From Thermoanaerobaculia bacterium (GTDB lineage: Bacteria; Acidobacteriota; Thermoanaerobaculia; Multivoradales; Multivoraceae), in assembly GCA_022824725.1 (NCBI GenBank), contig JAJDZH010000018.1, positions 321 to 64,320 of the forward strand: a stretch of 64,000 bases of DNA. Direction: 5' to 3'. The stretch's first letter is position 1. Each line of letters opens with the position of its first letter. The notes beneath the pieces were generated by a model. That model was not told the DNA's origin. It searched no databases and was given only the letters and a program-made list of their open reading frames with translations. This document shows, one piece after another, positions 50,206 through 59,063 of the stretch. Both the position numbers and the translations under genes were made by a program.

Positions 50206-50769
50206 ATGACCAGCCCCCTGACACGTCATCCACCGCCTCCTCCCGCGATCGACGTCGTCGTGCGGCCGGCGCGGCCTTCGGATGCGGCGTTCCTCCGTCG
50301 CTGGCGCGCCGAACCCGCCGTGCGCCGCTACCAGCCCCTTCACAACGTGTCCGTCGCCAGGCTGCGTGCTGACCTTGCCGCGCAGCGCCCCAGGGACCTC
50401 TACCGCGGTCGCGGCGAGCGCTACACCTGGATGATCGAAACCGACAGCGAACGCTCGGGCTGGATCACTCTGGCGGTCGTGAACTGGGAGCATGGCCTGG
50501 GCGAACTTGGCTATGCCCTGGCGACGCAGCATCATGGCCGCGGCACGATGACGGCCGCGCTCGGCCAGTTGCTGCCCGAACTCCTCCTGCGAACGCCGCT
50601 GGAGCGCCTGGAGGCCCGCTGCGCGATCGACAACGACGCCTCCCGCAGGGTGCTGGAGAAGCTGGGATTCGTGCGCGAAGGCAGGCTTCGTTCCTACTTC
50701 GTGCTGCAGGGCCGGCGAACCGACCACTTCCTGTACGCGTTGCTCCGCGAGGACTACATTCCGGCGTAG
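50206..50769 (+). CDS. GNAT-family N-acetyltransferase (RimJ/RimL-like)
   Basis: Acetyl-CoA-binding region HGRGTMTAAL and C-terminal LEKLGFVREGRLR. Confidence 0.65.
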   Translation: MTSPLTRHPPPPPAIDVVVRPARPSDAAFLRRWRAEPAVRRYQPLHNVSVARLRADLAAQRPRDLYRGRGERYTWMIETDSERSGWITLAVVNWEHGLGELGYALATQHHGRGTMTAALGQLLPELLLRTPLERLEARCAIDNDASRRVLEKLGFVREGRLRSYFVLQGRRTDHFLYALLREDYIPA

Positions 50770-50770
50770 C

Positions 50771-50935
50771 CTGCGCCGCCCACTGGGTGCGCCGGCGCCC
50801 TCGCCGGCCTTCCGTGGAAAGCGCGCCGCGAGATTCCGCTGTAGCCTGCGCCGCCCACTGGGTGCGCCGGCGCCCTCGCCGGCCTTCCGTGGAAAGCGCG
50901 CCGCGAAGCGGCGACCATTCTGCGCTAGGGTTGCG
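50771..50935. repeat. two tandem REP/MITE-like units (~80 bp each)
   Basis: Direct duplication of CCTGCGCCGCCCACTGGGTGCGCCGGCGCCCTCGCCGGCCTTCCGTGGAAAGCGCGCCGCGA...; the second copy ends in GCGACCATTCTGCGCTAG. Confidence 0.8.
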
Positions 50936-50992
50936 CGTTCCAGGTTAGTCGGTAGGCCGAGTGGTCGGCAGGCGTCGAGTCGGAGGTAGTGG

Positions 50993-51493
50993 ATGGTGAG
51001 CAGTGAGGCTGGTTCGGAGGCGGCGGACGCCGCGTTGAAGAAGCTCGAGGCCGGGATCGAGCTGTTCCACGGGGATCGGGTCGCTGAAGCCCGGACCGAG
51101 TTCGAGGCGGTGATCGCCGCGGGAGCCGAGAGCCGGCTCACGAGCCGCGCCAGGGACTACCTCACGGCATGCGGCCGGGCCGAGGCGGCGAAGGGCGGGA
51201 AGGGCAACGACGCGTTCATCGAGGCGGTCATGGCCCGGAACGACGGCGACCTGGAGGGCGCCCTGAAGATCTGCACGGCGGGGTCGCGCACCAGGGACGG
51301 TCGCTTCGTCTACCTCGCGTCCTGCATCCGCGCGCTGCGGGGCGAATCGGAGTCCGCGCTCGATTCGCTGGCGAAGGCGGTCGAACTGGATCCGACGAAC
51401 CGGGTGCGGGCGTTTCACGACACGGACTTCGATTCCCTCAACGAAGACGAGCGCTTCCTGAGCCTCGTCCATGACCACAGCGACGGAGGATGA
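50993..51493 (+). CDS. hypothetical TPR-like helical protein
   Basis: ORF with Ala/Glu-rich helical-repeat composition; its stop overlaps the glmU start (ATGA). Confidence 0.4.
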   Translation: MVSSEAGSEAADAALKKLEAGIELFHGDRVAEARTEFEAVIAAGAESRLTSRARDYLTACGRAEAAKGGKGNDAFIEAVMARNDGDLEGALKICTAGSRTRDGRFVYLASCIRALRGESESALDSLAKAVELDPTNRVRAFHDTDFDSLNEDERFLSLVHDHSDGG

Positions 51494-52788
51494 CCTCCAG
51501 CACCGTCGCGGCCGTCATTCTCGCCGCCGGTCACAGCAAGCGGCTTCGTTCGGAACAGCCGAAGGTCCTTCACCGGGTGGGCGGCAGGCCGCTCGTGTCC
51601 TGGGTTGTTCAGGCTGTGCGCGACGTGGGCTGCGCTCCGATCGTTGTCGTCACGGGTAGCGGGGCGGACGAGGTCCGTTCGGTGCTCGAGAGCGAGGACG
51701 GGGGCGCGGACGACATCGTCCGGGTGGAGCAGGCGGAGCCGCGGGGCACGGGGCACGCGCTGTCGATGGCTCGCGAATCCCTGCGCTCCGAGGGACTGGC
51801 CCTGGTCCTCCCGGGCGACGCGCCCCTGGTCCGCCCGGGGACCCTGCGAGCCCTGCTCGAAGCCGCCGGCGCCGGCTGGGGCAGCGTTGCGGTGGTCGGC
51901 GACGGCACGCTCGCGCCTGGCGCGGACGACGCCGGCCACGACGCCGGTCCTTGGGCGCTCCCCGTTCCGGAGATCTTCGACTGGCTCGACAAGGCCGACG
52001 CCGCCAACGCCGGAGGCGAGTCCCATCTGACCGATGCCGTTTCGGCCGCCGCTCGCGAGCAGCCGGTGGCGGCAGTCCGGGTCGAGGACGCCTCGGAGGT
52101 GCTGAGAGTCAAGTCGCGGGCCGACCTCGCCGCCGTTCAGCGCGTCTTCTACCGGCGCAGCGTCGATGCCCTGCTTGCCGCCGGCGTCACGGTTCTCGAC
52201 CCGGAGAGCGCCTGGATCGATGCCGGCGTGACGGTCGGCGCCGACTCGATACTGCACCCCGGCGTCACCCTCCTCGGCGCCTCCAGCGTGGGGAGCGGCT
52301 GCACCGTCCACGCCGGCGCCTGGATTCGCGACAGCGTTCTCGCCGACGGCGTCGAGGTGCTGCCCTACTCGGTGCTCGACGGCGCGCGCGTCGCCGCCGA
52401 CTGCACGATCGGTCCCTTCGCCCGTCTGCGGCCGGAGGCCGTGCTCGAGGACGGCGCCAAGGTGGGCAACTTCGTGGAGGTCAAGAAGGCGACGCTGGGT
52501 CCCGGCGTCAAGGCGTCGCATCTCGCCTATCTTGGCGACGCTTCGGTGGGCGCCGGCGCCAACATCGGCGCCGGGGTCATCACCTGCAACTACGACGGCA
52601 AGAAGAAGAGCCGCACGGTGATCGGCGAAGGCGCCTTCGTCGGCAGCGACTGCATCCTGGTGGCGCCGGTCGAGGTCGGCGCCGGCGCCTACACCGGCGC
52701 CGGATCGGTGATCACGAAGGACGTGCCCGAAGAGTCGCTCGCGGTGGGCCGCGCGCGCCAGAAGAACATCAAGCGCCGGCCCCGGTGA
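51490..52788 (+). CDS. glmU: bifunctional UDP-N-acetylglucosamine pyrophosphorylase / glucosamine-1-phosphate N-acetyltransferase
   Basis: AVILAAGHSKRL nucleotidyltransferase N-terminus plus C-terminal left-handed beta-helix hexapeptide repeats. Confidence 0.85.
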   Translation: MTSSTVAAVILAAGHSKRLRSEQPKVLHRVGGRPLVSWVVQAVRDVGCAPIVVVTGSGADEVRSVLESEDGGADDIVRVEQAEPRGTGHALSMARESLRSEGLALVLPGDAPLVRPGTLRALLEAAGAGWGSVAVVGDGTLAPGADDAGHDAGPWALPVPEIFDWLDKADAANAGGESHLTDAVSAAAREQPVAAVRVEDASEVLRVKSRADLAAVQRVFYRRSVDALLAAGVTVLDPESAWIDAGVTVGADSILHPGVTLLGASSVGSGCTVHAGAWIRDSVLADGVEVLPYSVLDGARVAADCTIGPFARLRPEAVLEDGAKVGNFVEVKKATLGPGVKASHLAYLGDASVGAGANIGAGVITCNYDGKKKSRTVIGEGAFVGSDCILVAPVEVGAGAYTGAGSVITKDVPEESLAVGRARQKNIKRRPR

Positions 52789-52792
52789 CGGC

Positions 52793-55195
52793 GTGGACTT
52801 CCGTTCCCGGCTGAACCCGGAACAACTCGCGGCGGTCACCCACGACGGCGGCCCGTTGCTCGTCGTCGCCGGCGCCGGATCGGGCAAGACCCGGGTCATC
52901 ACGTACCGGATCGCCTGGCTGATCGCCGAGCGGAACGTCGAGCCGTGGCGGATCGCGGCCGTCACCTTCACCAACAAGGCCGCGGACGAGATGCGCGGGC
53001 GGGTGCTCGACCTGGTCGGCGGCAATGCCCACCCGGTTGGCGCGTCCCCGCGCCAACCGCGAACGGGTGCCCGCGCTCGTCAGCGGGCGCGGGGACGGCA
53101 TGTCTTCGTCGGCACCTTCCACCGCTTCTGCGTCCGCCTGCTGCGGCGCTACGGCGACCGGGTGGGTCTGCGGCCGGACTTCGCGATCGTCGACGCGCCG
53201 GACCAGTTGCGGCTGATCAAGGGGTCGCTCAAGGCCGAGAACCTCGACGAACAGGTCTTCCAGCCGCGCGCGGTCCAGGGGCGGATCAGCGGGGCGAAGA
53301 ACCGTCTGCTCACGCCGCCCGCCTTCGAGAAGGAGGCCGAGGACTTCTTCGACCGTCATGTCGCCCTCGTGTTCCGCCGGTACCAGGCCGAGCTGCGGCG
53401 CACCGGCGGCGTCGACTTCGACGACCTGATCGCGCTCGCCGTGCGCCTGCTGCGCGACGACGAGGAGGTCGGCGCGCAGGTCAGGGGGCGCTTCCGCCAC
53501 CTGCTCGTCGACGAGTTCCAGGACACGAACACGGCCCAACTGGAGCTCGTGAAGAACCTGGTGATCGACCCGGACGGTTCCGTCTCGGGCCTGACCGCGG
53601 TCGGCGACGAGGACCAGAGCATCTACGGCTGGCGCGGGGCCGAACTCGACAACCTGCTGCGGTTCGAGAAGCACTTCCCGGGCGGCGGGGTCCGCAAGCT
53701 GGAGCGGAACTACCGCTCGACGCAGAACATCCTCGACGCCTCGGGCGCCGTCATCTCGCGCAACGAACAGCGCCGGGGCAAGACCCTGTGGACGGACAAG
53801 GGCGCCGGCGACCCCCTGGAGGTCTTCTACGCCGGCGACCACGAGGACGAGGCGCGCTGGGTCGTCGGGCGGTTGGCGGAACTCCGCACGGAGGGGTTCG
53901 AGTTCGGCGACATGGCGGTGCTGGTGCGGACGAACGCGCAGACCCGGGCGATCGAGGACCGGTTGCTGCGCGACGAGATCCCCTACTGCCTGGTCGCCGG
54001 CATCCGGTTCTACGAGCGCGCCGAGGTCAAGGACCTGATCGCCTACCTGCGGGTCATCGCCAACCCGCGGGACAACCTCTCCCTGCGCCGGATCCTGAAC
54101 CAGCCGCGGCGGGGCATCGGCGGCAGGACCGAGCAGGTGCTGCTCGAGCGCGCCGCCGAAATGGGCAACTCGCTGTGGGATGCGATCCGCCTCGACCCCC
54201 TGCAGGAGCTGCCGGCCCGCAGCCTGCGCGCGGTCCGGAACTTCAAGGGCCTGATCGAGGCGCTGCGCGGAGAGGCCGAGCGCCAGCCCCTGGCCGAACT
54301 CGTCCGCGGCACGATCGTCGCCGCCGGCTTCGAGGCGCTCTACGGCAAGGGCGACGAGGAGGCCCAGGAACGGCTCGAGAACCTGAACGAGCTCGTGTCG
54401 TCGGCCCACGACTTCGAGTCCCTGCACGGCCTGAGCGGCGTTCCGGCGAGGATGGCCGCCGCTCCCGGCGATGCAGAGAGCCCGGAAGCCGGCGAGGCGT
54501 CGCTCTTCGACGAGGGGCCGGAAGCGGTCGAGCCGGCCGTCAGTCCCCTGGTGAACTTCCTGGACTACGTCTCCCTGGTCAGCGACGCGGACGGCCTGAA
54601 CGCCGAACTGGGCGTCGCCCTGATGACGCTGCACAGCGCCAAGGGTCTCGAGTATCCGGCCGTCTTCGTCACCGGTCTCGAGGACGGCCTGCTCCCGCAC
54701 TTCCACGCCGGCCTCGCGGCGCGGGACATCGAGGAGGAGAGGCGGCTGTTCTACGTCGGCATGACCCGGGCCGAGCAGCGGCTGTTCCTCAGCGGCTGCC
54801 GGCGCCGGATGGTCGCCGGACAGTTCCAGGACCAGCAGCCGTCGCCCTTCCTCGCCGACCTGCCGGAGGAACTCGTCGAAACCACGCGGAGCACGGAACT
54901 CTGGGGCGGCCCGCGGACCGCCGGCGTGCGCAGCTACTTCGGCGCCGACCGCACCGGCGGGGGGGCGTCCTTTCGGGCCGCGCGCGACAGCGGCGCCAGG
55001 CCGGCAAGGAAACCGCCGAGCGACCGGATCGCCGGCGTGCTGCGGCCCGGCGCCGTCGTCCGCCACGCGACCCTGGGCAAGGGCGTCGTTCTGCAGCTCG
55101 ACGGAGACGGCGAGAACGCGAAGCTGACGGTGTTCTTCGACAAGGCCGGCAAGCGGAAGCTGGTCCGCCGCTACGCCCCGCTCGAAGTGCTCTAG
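52793..55195 (+). CDS. uvrD: UvrD/PcrA/Rep-family ATP-dependent DNA helicase
   Basis: Helicase motifs GAGSGKT, TFTNKAA, VGTFH, VDEFQDT, GDEDQSIY; ~20-aa palindrome-encoded insertion before VGTFH. Confidence 0.85.
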   Translation: MDFRSRLNPEQLAAVTHDGGPLLVVAGAGSGKTRVITYRIAWLIAERNVEPWRIAAVTFTNKAADEMRGRVLDLVGGNAHPVGASPRQPRTGARARQRARGRHVFVGTFHRFCVRLLRRYGDRVGLRPDFAIVDAPDQLRLIKGSLKAENLDEQVFQPRAVQGRISGAKNRLLTPPAFEKEAEDFFDRHVALVFRRYQAELRRTGGVDFDDLIALAVRLLRDDEEVGAQVRGRFRHLLVDEFQDTNTAQLELVKNLVIDPDGSVSGLTAVGDEDQSIYGWRGAELDNLLRFEKHFPGGGVRKLERNYRSTQNILDASGAVISRNEQRRGKTLWTDKGAGDPLEVFYAGDHEDEARWVVGRLAELRTEGFEFGDMAVLVRTNAQTRAIEDRLLRDEIPYCLVAGIRFYERAEVKDLIAYLRVIANPRDNLSLRRILNQPRRGIGGRTEQVLLERAAEMGNSLWDAIRLDPLQELPARSLRAVRNFKGLIEALRGEAERQPLAELVRGTIVAAGFEALYGKGDEEAQERLENLNELVSSAHDFESLHGLSGVPARMAAAPGDAESPEAGEASLFDEGPEAVEPAVSPLVNFLDYVSLVSDADGLNAELGVALMTLHSAKGLEYPAVFVTGLEDGLLPHFHAGLAARDIEEERRLFYVGMTRAEQRLFLSGCRRRMVAGQFQDQQPSPFLADLPEELVETTRSTELWGGPRTAGVRSYFGADRTGGGASFRAARDSGARPARKPPSDRIAGVLRPGAVVRHATLGKGVVLQLDGDGENAKLTVFFDKAGKRKLVRRYAPLEVL

Positions 55196-55205
55196 CGGGG
55201 TGCCG

Positions 55206-55282
55206 TGGTGCGCCCGAAGGGATTCGAACCCCTGACCTACGGCTCCGGAGGCCGTCGCTCTATCCAGCTGAGCTACGGGCGC
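55206..55282 (-). tRNA. tRNA-Arg (anticodon CCG)
   Basis: Reverse complement folds as GCGCCCGUAGCUCAGCUGGAUAGAGCGACGGCCUCCGGAGCCGU...GGUUCGAAUCC...CGGGCGCACCA; CCA is encoded. Confidence 0.85.
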
Positions 55283-55309
55283 GCGAACGGGACGATTTCG
55301 GAATCGGGA

Positions 55310-55386
55310 TGGGGTGGATGAGGGGACTTGAACCCCCAACCACTTGAACCACAATCAAGCGCTCTACCGGTTGAGCTACATCCACC
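55310..55386 (-). tRNA. tRNA-His (anticodon GTG), with encoded G-1
   Basis: Reverse complement G-GUGGAUGUAGCUCAACCGGUAGAGCGCUUGAUUGUGGUUCAAG...GGUUCAAGUCCCCUCAUCCACCCA. Confidence 0.8.
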
Positions 55387-55416
55387 AGACATCTTCAAAC
55401 CGAACTCTCAACGATC

Positions 55417-55493
55417 TGGCCTGCCTGGAGGGACTCGAACCCCCGACCCGCGGCTTAGAAGGCCGCCGCTCTATCCAGCTGAGCTACAGGCAG
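55417..55493 (-). tRNA. tRNA-Arg (anticodon TCT)
   Basis: Reverse complement CUGCCUGUAGCUCAGCUGGAUAGAGCGGCGGCCUUCUAAGCCGCGGGUC...GGUUCGAGUCCCUCCAGGCAGGCCA. Confidence 0.85.
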
Positions 55494-55542
55494 GCGAAAG
55501 CGACAGCGACAGGTTAGCCGAGGTCCGGGCTAGCGAGCGATA

Positions 55543-55615
55543 TCGGGGCGCCCAGATTTGAACTGAGGACCCCCTGCGCCCAAGGCAGGTGCGCTACCAG
55601 ACTGCGCCACGCCCC
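55543..55615 (-). tRNA. tRNA-Pro (anticodon TGG)
   Basis: Reverse complement CGGGGCGUGGCGCAGUCUGGUAGCGCACCUGCCUUGGGCGCAGGGGGUCCUCAGUUCAAAUCUGGGCGCCCCGA; CCA is not encoded. Confidence 0.8.
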
Positions 55616-55666
55616 GACAGGCAAGGCGGCGAATGATAGCAGCCTTGCCCTTTATGCTCTGACGGA

Positions 55667-56752
55667 ATGGCGACCCGCGAGCAGAAACCGCACCGGCCGC
55701 TCCGCGTCCTGCTCGTTCGCCTCTCCGCGATCGGCGACTGCCTCCATGCGGCTCCGGTGGCGTCGGCGCTCCGCCGCGCTCATCCGGACGCGTTCATCGG
55801 CTGGGCCATCCAGGAACCGGCCGCGACCCTGCTGCGTGGCTACAGCGGCGTCGACCGCTTCCACCTGTATCCGCGACGGACCCGCGGCATCGGCGCCCAT
55901 CTCGACGCGCTCAGGCGCTTTCGCCGCGAACTCAGGAGCTGCCGGTACGACGTCGCGGTCGACGTCCAGGGCCTCACGAAGAGCGGCCTGGTCGCCTGGT
56001 GGAGCGGCGCCGGGGAGCGGGTCGGCTTCCGCGGCGGGCCGGCGATGGGCAGCCGCGAACTGAACGCCCTGTTCCTCAACCGGCGCTTCGCCGTCGGCCT
56101 GGGGGTGAGGCACGTCGTCGACCGCAATCTGGCCCTGCTGAGCGCTTCGGGGCTGGTTGTCGACGAGCACCCGGTCGCTGAGTGGCGGCTGCCCGACTAC
56201 GCCGAGGCCGGGCCCCTCTCTTTCCTCGAGCGCCATGATCTGAGCGTTGGCCGCTACGCGGCGGTGTCGCCCGGAACGATCTGGCGCACGAAGCACTGGC
56301 CTCCGCGGCACTTCGCGGCGGCCGTCCGGCGCCTCGGGAGCGAGCGCGGCCTGCCGGTCGTCGTCGCCTGGGCGGGCGAAGAGGAGCGGCGGGCGGCCGA
56401 GGAGATCGTCGCGGTCGCCGGGGACGGCTGCCGCGTCCTGCTGGCGCCGCCGACCGACCTCCGCGAACTGGCGACGCTGCTGCGGCGCGCCGCGCTGTTC
56501 CTGGGCTGCGACTCCGGTCCCGCCCACCTGGCGGCCGCCCTGGGCGTTCCCTGCGTTTCGGTCTTCGGCCCGACCGACCCTGCCCGCAACGGTCCCTATG
56601 GGCCGCGGTCGGCCGCGGTGCGGCTCGATCAGCCGCTGGACTGCCAGCCGTGCTGGCGCCGTACCTGCAGCCGCGGCGACTTCGCCTGCATGGAGCGGCT
56701 CGATGCCGACCGCGTCGTGGCGGCCAGCCTGGCCAGGCTCGACACGGCATAA
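55667..56752 (+). CDS. glycosyltransferase family 9 (LPS heptosyltransferase-like)
   Basis: RVLLVRLSAIGDCLHAAP N-terminus and the C-terminal GCDSGPAHLAAALGVP motif. Confidence 0.75.
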   Translation: MATREQKPHRPLRVLLVRLSAIGDCLHAAPVASALRRAHPDAFIGWAIQEPAATLLRGYSGVDRFHLYPRRTRGIGAHLDALRRFRRELRSCRYDVAVDVQGLTKSGLVAWWSGAGERVGFRGGPAMGSRELNALFLNRRFAVGLGVRHVVDRNLALLSASGLVVDEHPVAEWRLPDYAEAGPLSFLERHDLSVGRYAAVSPGTIWRTKHWPPRHFAAAVRRLGSERGLPVVVAWAGEEERRAAEEIVAVAGDGCRVLLAPPTDLRELATLLRRAALFLGCDSGPAHLAAALGVPCVSVFGPTDPARNGPYGPRSAAVRLDQPLDCQPCWRRTCSRGDFACMERLDADRVVAASLARLDTA

Positions 56753-56764
56753 GCTCCCCGGGAG

Positions 56765-57019
56765 ATGCCGGAAACCCCCGACGACGCCTCGCCGATCATC
56801 CGGCCGCCGACGTTCGACCGGACCGCCGTCCGCCTGCTGGCGGCGGCCATCGTCGTGGGTGGACTCACGATCGGGGTCGTCATGCTCTGGCGCGACTTCA
56901 GTTGGCTGATGGCGCTGTCGAGCGGCGCCGGCATCGCCGTCCTCATCTTCTTCAGCGGGCGGGCCATCCGCGTCCTGCGCTTCGAGTACCTCCGTCCACC
57001 CTTCGAGCGGGAGGACTAG
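56765..57019 (+). CDS. small membrane protein, hypothetical
   Basis: 84 aa with two hydrophobic segments, tightly spaced between the GT9 and NUDIX genes. Confidence 0.3.
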   Translation: MPETPDDASPIIRPPTFDRTAVRLLAAAIVVGGLTIGVVMLWRDFSWLMALSSGAGIAVLIFFSGRAIRVLRFEYLRPPFERED

Positions 57020-57586
57020 ATGAAGGTCCGTCCCTGGCGGGTCGAGGCCGCGCGGACCGAGTTCGACCACCCGCTTCTCCAGCTCGAGGCGCAGGAGCTG
57101 CGCGCCGGCGCCGACCGGCGTCAAGCGGTCGTCCTGCGGTCGGCGGACTGGGTCAACGTGATTCCGCTGATCGAGGCGGACCCCGGGGCGCACGGCACGG
57201 GCGCGACGGTCGTGTTCATCCGCCAGTGGCGCTTCGGCCGCGCCGCCGAGTCGCTGGAGATTCCCGGCGGCATCGTCGAGCCGGGCGAGGATGGGGAAGT
57301 CGCCGCCGCGCGGGAGCTCCACGAGGAGACCGGCTACCGGGCGGGAACGATCGAACGGCTCGGCGAGGTCGAGCCCAACCCCGCGATCCTGGACAACCTC
57401 TGTTCGCTCTGGCTGGCCCGCGACCTGATCCACACCGGCGACCCGATCGGGGACGGCAGCGAAGAACTCGAAGTGGTCCTCGTGCCGCTGCGGGAAGTTC
57501 CGGAACGCATCGCCAGCGGCGAGATCAGCCATTCGCTCGTCGTCGCGGCCTTCTACTTCTTCGCCCGGCGGTACGGTTTCTCTTGA
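57020..57586 (+). CDS. NUDIX hydrolase (ADP-ribose pyrophosphatase-like)
   Basis: Nudix box GGIVEPGEDGEVAAARELHEETG. Confidence 0.75.
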   Translation: MKVRPWRVEAARTEFDHPLLQLEAQELRAGADRRQAVVLRSADWVNVIPLIEADPGAHGTGATVVFIRQWRFGRAAESLEIPGGIVEPGEDGEVAAARELHEETGYRAGTIERLGEVEPNPAILDNLCSLWLARDLIHTGDPIGDGSEELEVVLVPLREVPERIASGEISHSLVVAAFYFFARRYGFS

Positions 57587-58314
57587 ACGGGCGCGGGGGA
57601 GAGAGTCCGGTCGCCGCGCGTCGCGACGGCCGGCCGCGGCTCCGGGGCGTCTCGCTGGACGCGACCGGAACGCTGATCGGCTGCCCTCGCCGCGGTGAGA
57701 TCTACGCCGAAGTCCTCGCCCGCCATGGTCTCGAACTCTCAGCCGCCGACATCGAGCGGGGCTTCCTGACCGCCTGGAAGGAGTTCGAGTGCCGCCTCGC
57801 CCGCGGCGAGGACCGCTACAACAGCCATCCGAACGGAGCTCGCGGTTTCTGGGGCGACCTGCTGGAGCGCATGTGTCTCCTGCTCGAGCGGGAAGCGCCG
57901 GGACCCTTCGCCGGCGCCGAACTGTTCGCCCGCTTCGAACGCGCCGACGCCTGGGAACTCCGGCCCGGATGCCGGAAGGTCCTCACGGAGCTGCGTCGTC
58001 GGGGCCTGCGCGTCGCGGTCACCAGCAACTGGGACCGGCGCCTGCCGCGGGTGCTGGCCAACCTCGGACTCGGGCGTTACCTCGACGCGGTCGTCTGCTC
58101 GGAGGACGTGGGTTCGGCGAAACCGGCCGAGCCGATCTTCCTGGCCGCCTGCCGGGAACTGGAGCTGGAACCGGCCTGCGTGCTCCACGTCGGCGACGCG
58201 AAGATCGAGGATCGCGAAGGAGCGTTGGCGGCCGGCCTCGAGGCGCTGTGGCTGAACCCGGCGGGTGGCGACATCGGCTCGTTGGACGAGGTTCTCGACT
58301 ACCTGCCCCAGTAG
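57583..58314 (+). CDS. HAD-superfamily hydrolase
   Basis: TTGA overlap start; motif I SLDATGTL, then VTSNWD and the VGDAKIEDREGA motifs. Confidence 0.65.
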   Translation: MNGRGGESPVAARRDGRPRLRGVSLDATGTLIGCPRRGEIYAEVLARHGLELSAADIERGFLTAWKEFECRLARGEDRYNSHPNGARGFWGDLLERMCLLLEREAPGPFAGAELFARFERADAWELRPGCRKVLTELRRRGLRVAVTSNWDRRLPRVLANLGLGRYLDAVVCSEDVGSAKPAEPIFLAACRELELEPACVLHVGDAKIEDREGALAAGLEALWLNPAGGDIGSLDEVLDYLPQ

Positions 58315-58319
58315 GAGCC

Positions 58320-58500
58320 GGCCGCCGCCAGCGGAGCGAGGCCTTCGGCCTCGCGCGTTTTCTTCAGAAGGCCGACGAGGGCGTCGGCGCACCCAGTGTG
58401 CAACCCCGTCGCCATCCGACACTGGGTGCGCCGGCGCCCCCGCCGGCTGCCGCCGCAGGCGGCCAGGAAACCGCGCCGGCCGCAAGGCCGGCTCCTTACT
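58320..58500. repeat. composite head-to-head REP/MITE element (near-twin of 47680-47880)
   Basis: GAGCGAGGCCTTCGGCCTCGCGCGTTTTCTTCAGAAGGCCGACGAGGGCGTCGGCGCACCCAGTG-25nt-CACTGGGTGCGCCGGCGCCCCCGCCGGCTGCCGCCGCAGGCGGCCAGGAAACCGCGCCGGCCGCAAGGCCGGCTCC. Confidence 0.8.
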
Positions 58501-58540
58501 TCCGGGCGCTGCTACACTGCTTGATGCCGGGACCCGCGCA

Positions 58541-59047
58541 ATGAAGATCTCCACCAAGGGTGAGTACGGCATCCGCGCCATGCTGTACGTGGCGATGCAT
58601 GCGGACGGCGGTCCGGTGCCCAGCCACGAGATCGCCGTGAACCAGGGGATCCCGGAGCCCTACCTGCGCCAGATCCTGGCGGCCCTCGCCCGGGACCACC
58701 TGATCCGCTCGAACCGCGGTCCCCAGGGCGGCCACCTGCTGGGCCGGCCGGCCGAGAACATCTCGATGCACGACATCCTGGTCGCGCTGGAAGGACACAC
58801 GACCTCGATCGACCACATCCTCGCCCAGCCCTGCACGATCGGCGTGGGGCCGAAGCACTGCGCTATCCGCGAAGTGTTCCTCAGCGTCAAGGAGGCGGTC
58901 GAGACCATCTTGTGCAACTACAGCCTCGCCGATCTGGCCGCGCGCCAGGAGGAAGTCTGCGAGTGCAAGATCGAGATCCCGCACGACCTGCCGCCGGAAC
59001 GCGTTGCCGCTTCGTCCGCCCGGCCGCTGCACGTCATCGCCGACTGA
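58541..59047 (+). CDS. Rrf2-family transcriptional regulator (IscR/NsrR-like)
   Basis: MKISTKGEYGIRAMLYVA winged-helix N-terminus; clustered Cys residues (CxxxxxxxxC, CxC). Confidence 0.75.
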   Translation: MKISTKGEYGIRAMLYVAMHADGGPVPSHEIAVNQGIPEPYLRQILAALARDHLIRSNRGPQGGHLLGRPAENISMHDILVALEGHTTSIDHILAQPCTIGVGPKHCAIREVFLSVKEAVETILCNYSLADLAARQEEVCECKIEIPHDLPPERVAASSARPLHVIAD

Positions 59048-59063
59048 AACCGGGAACCCGCCG

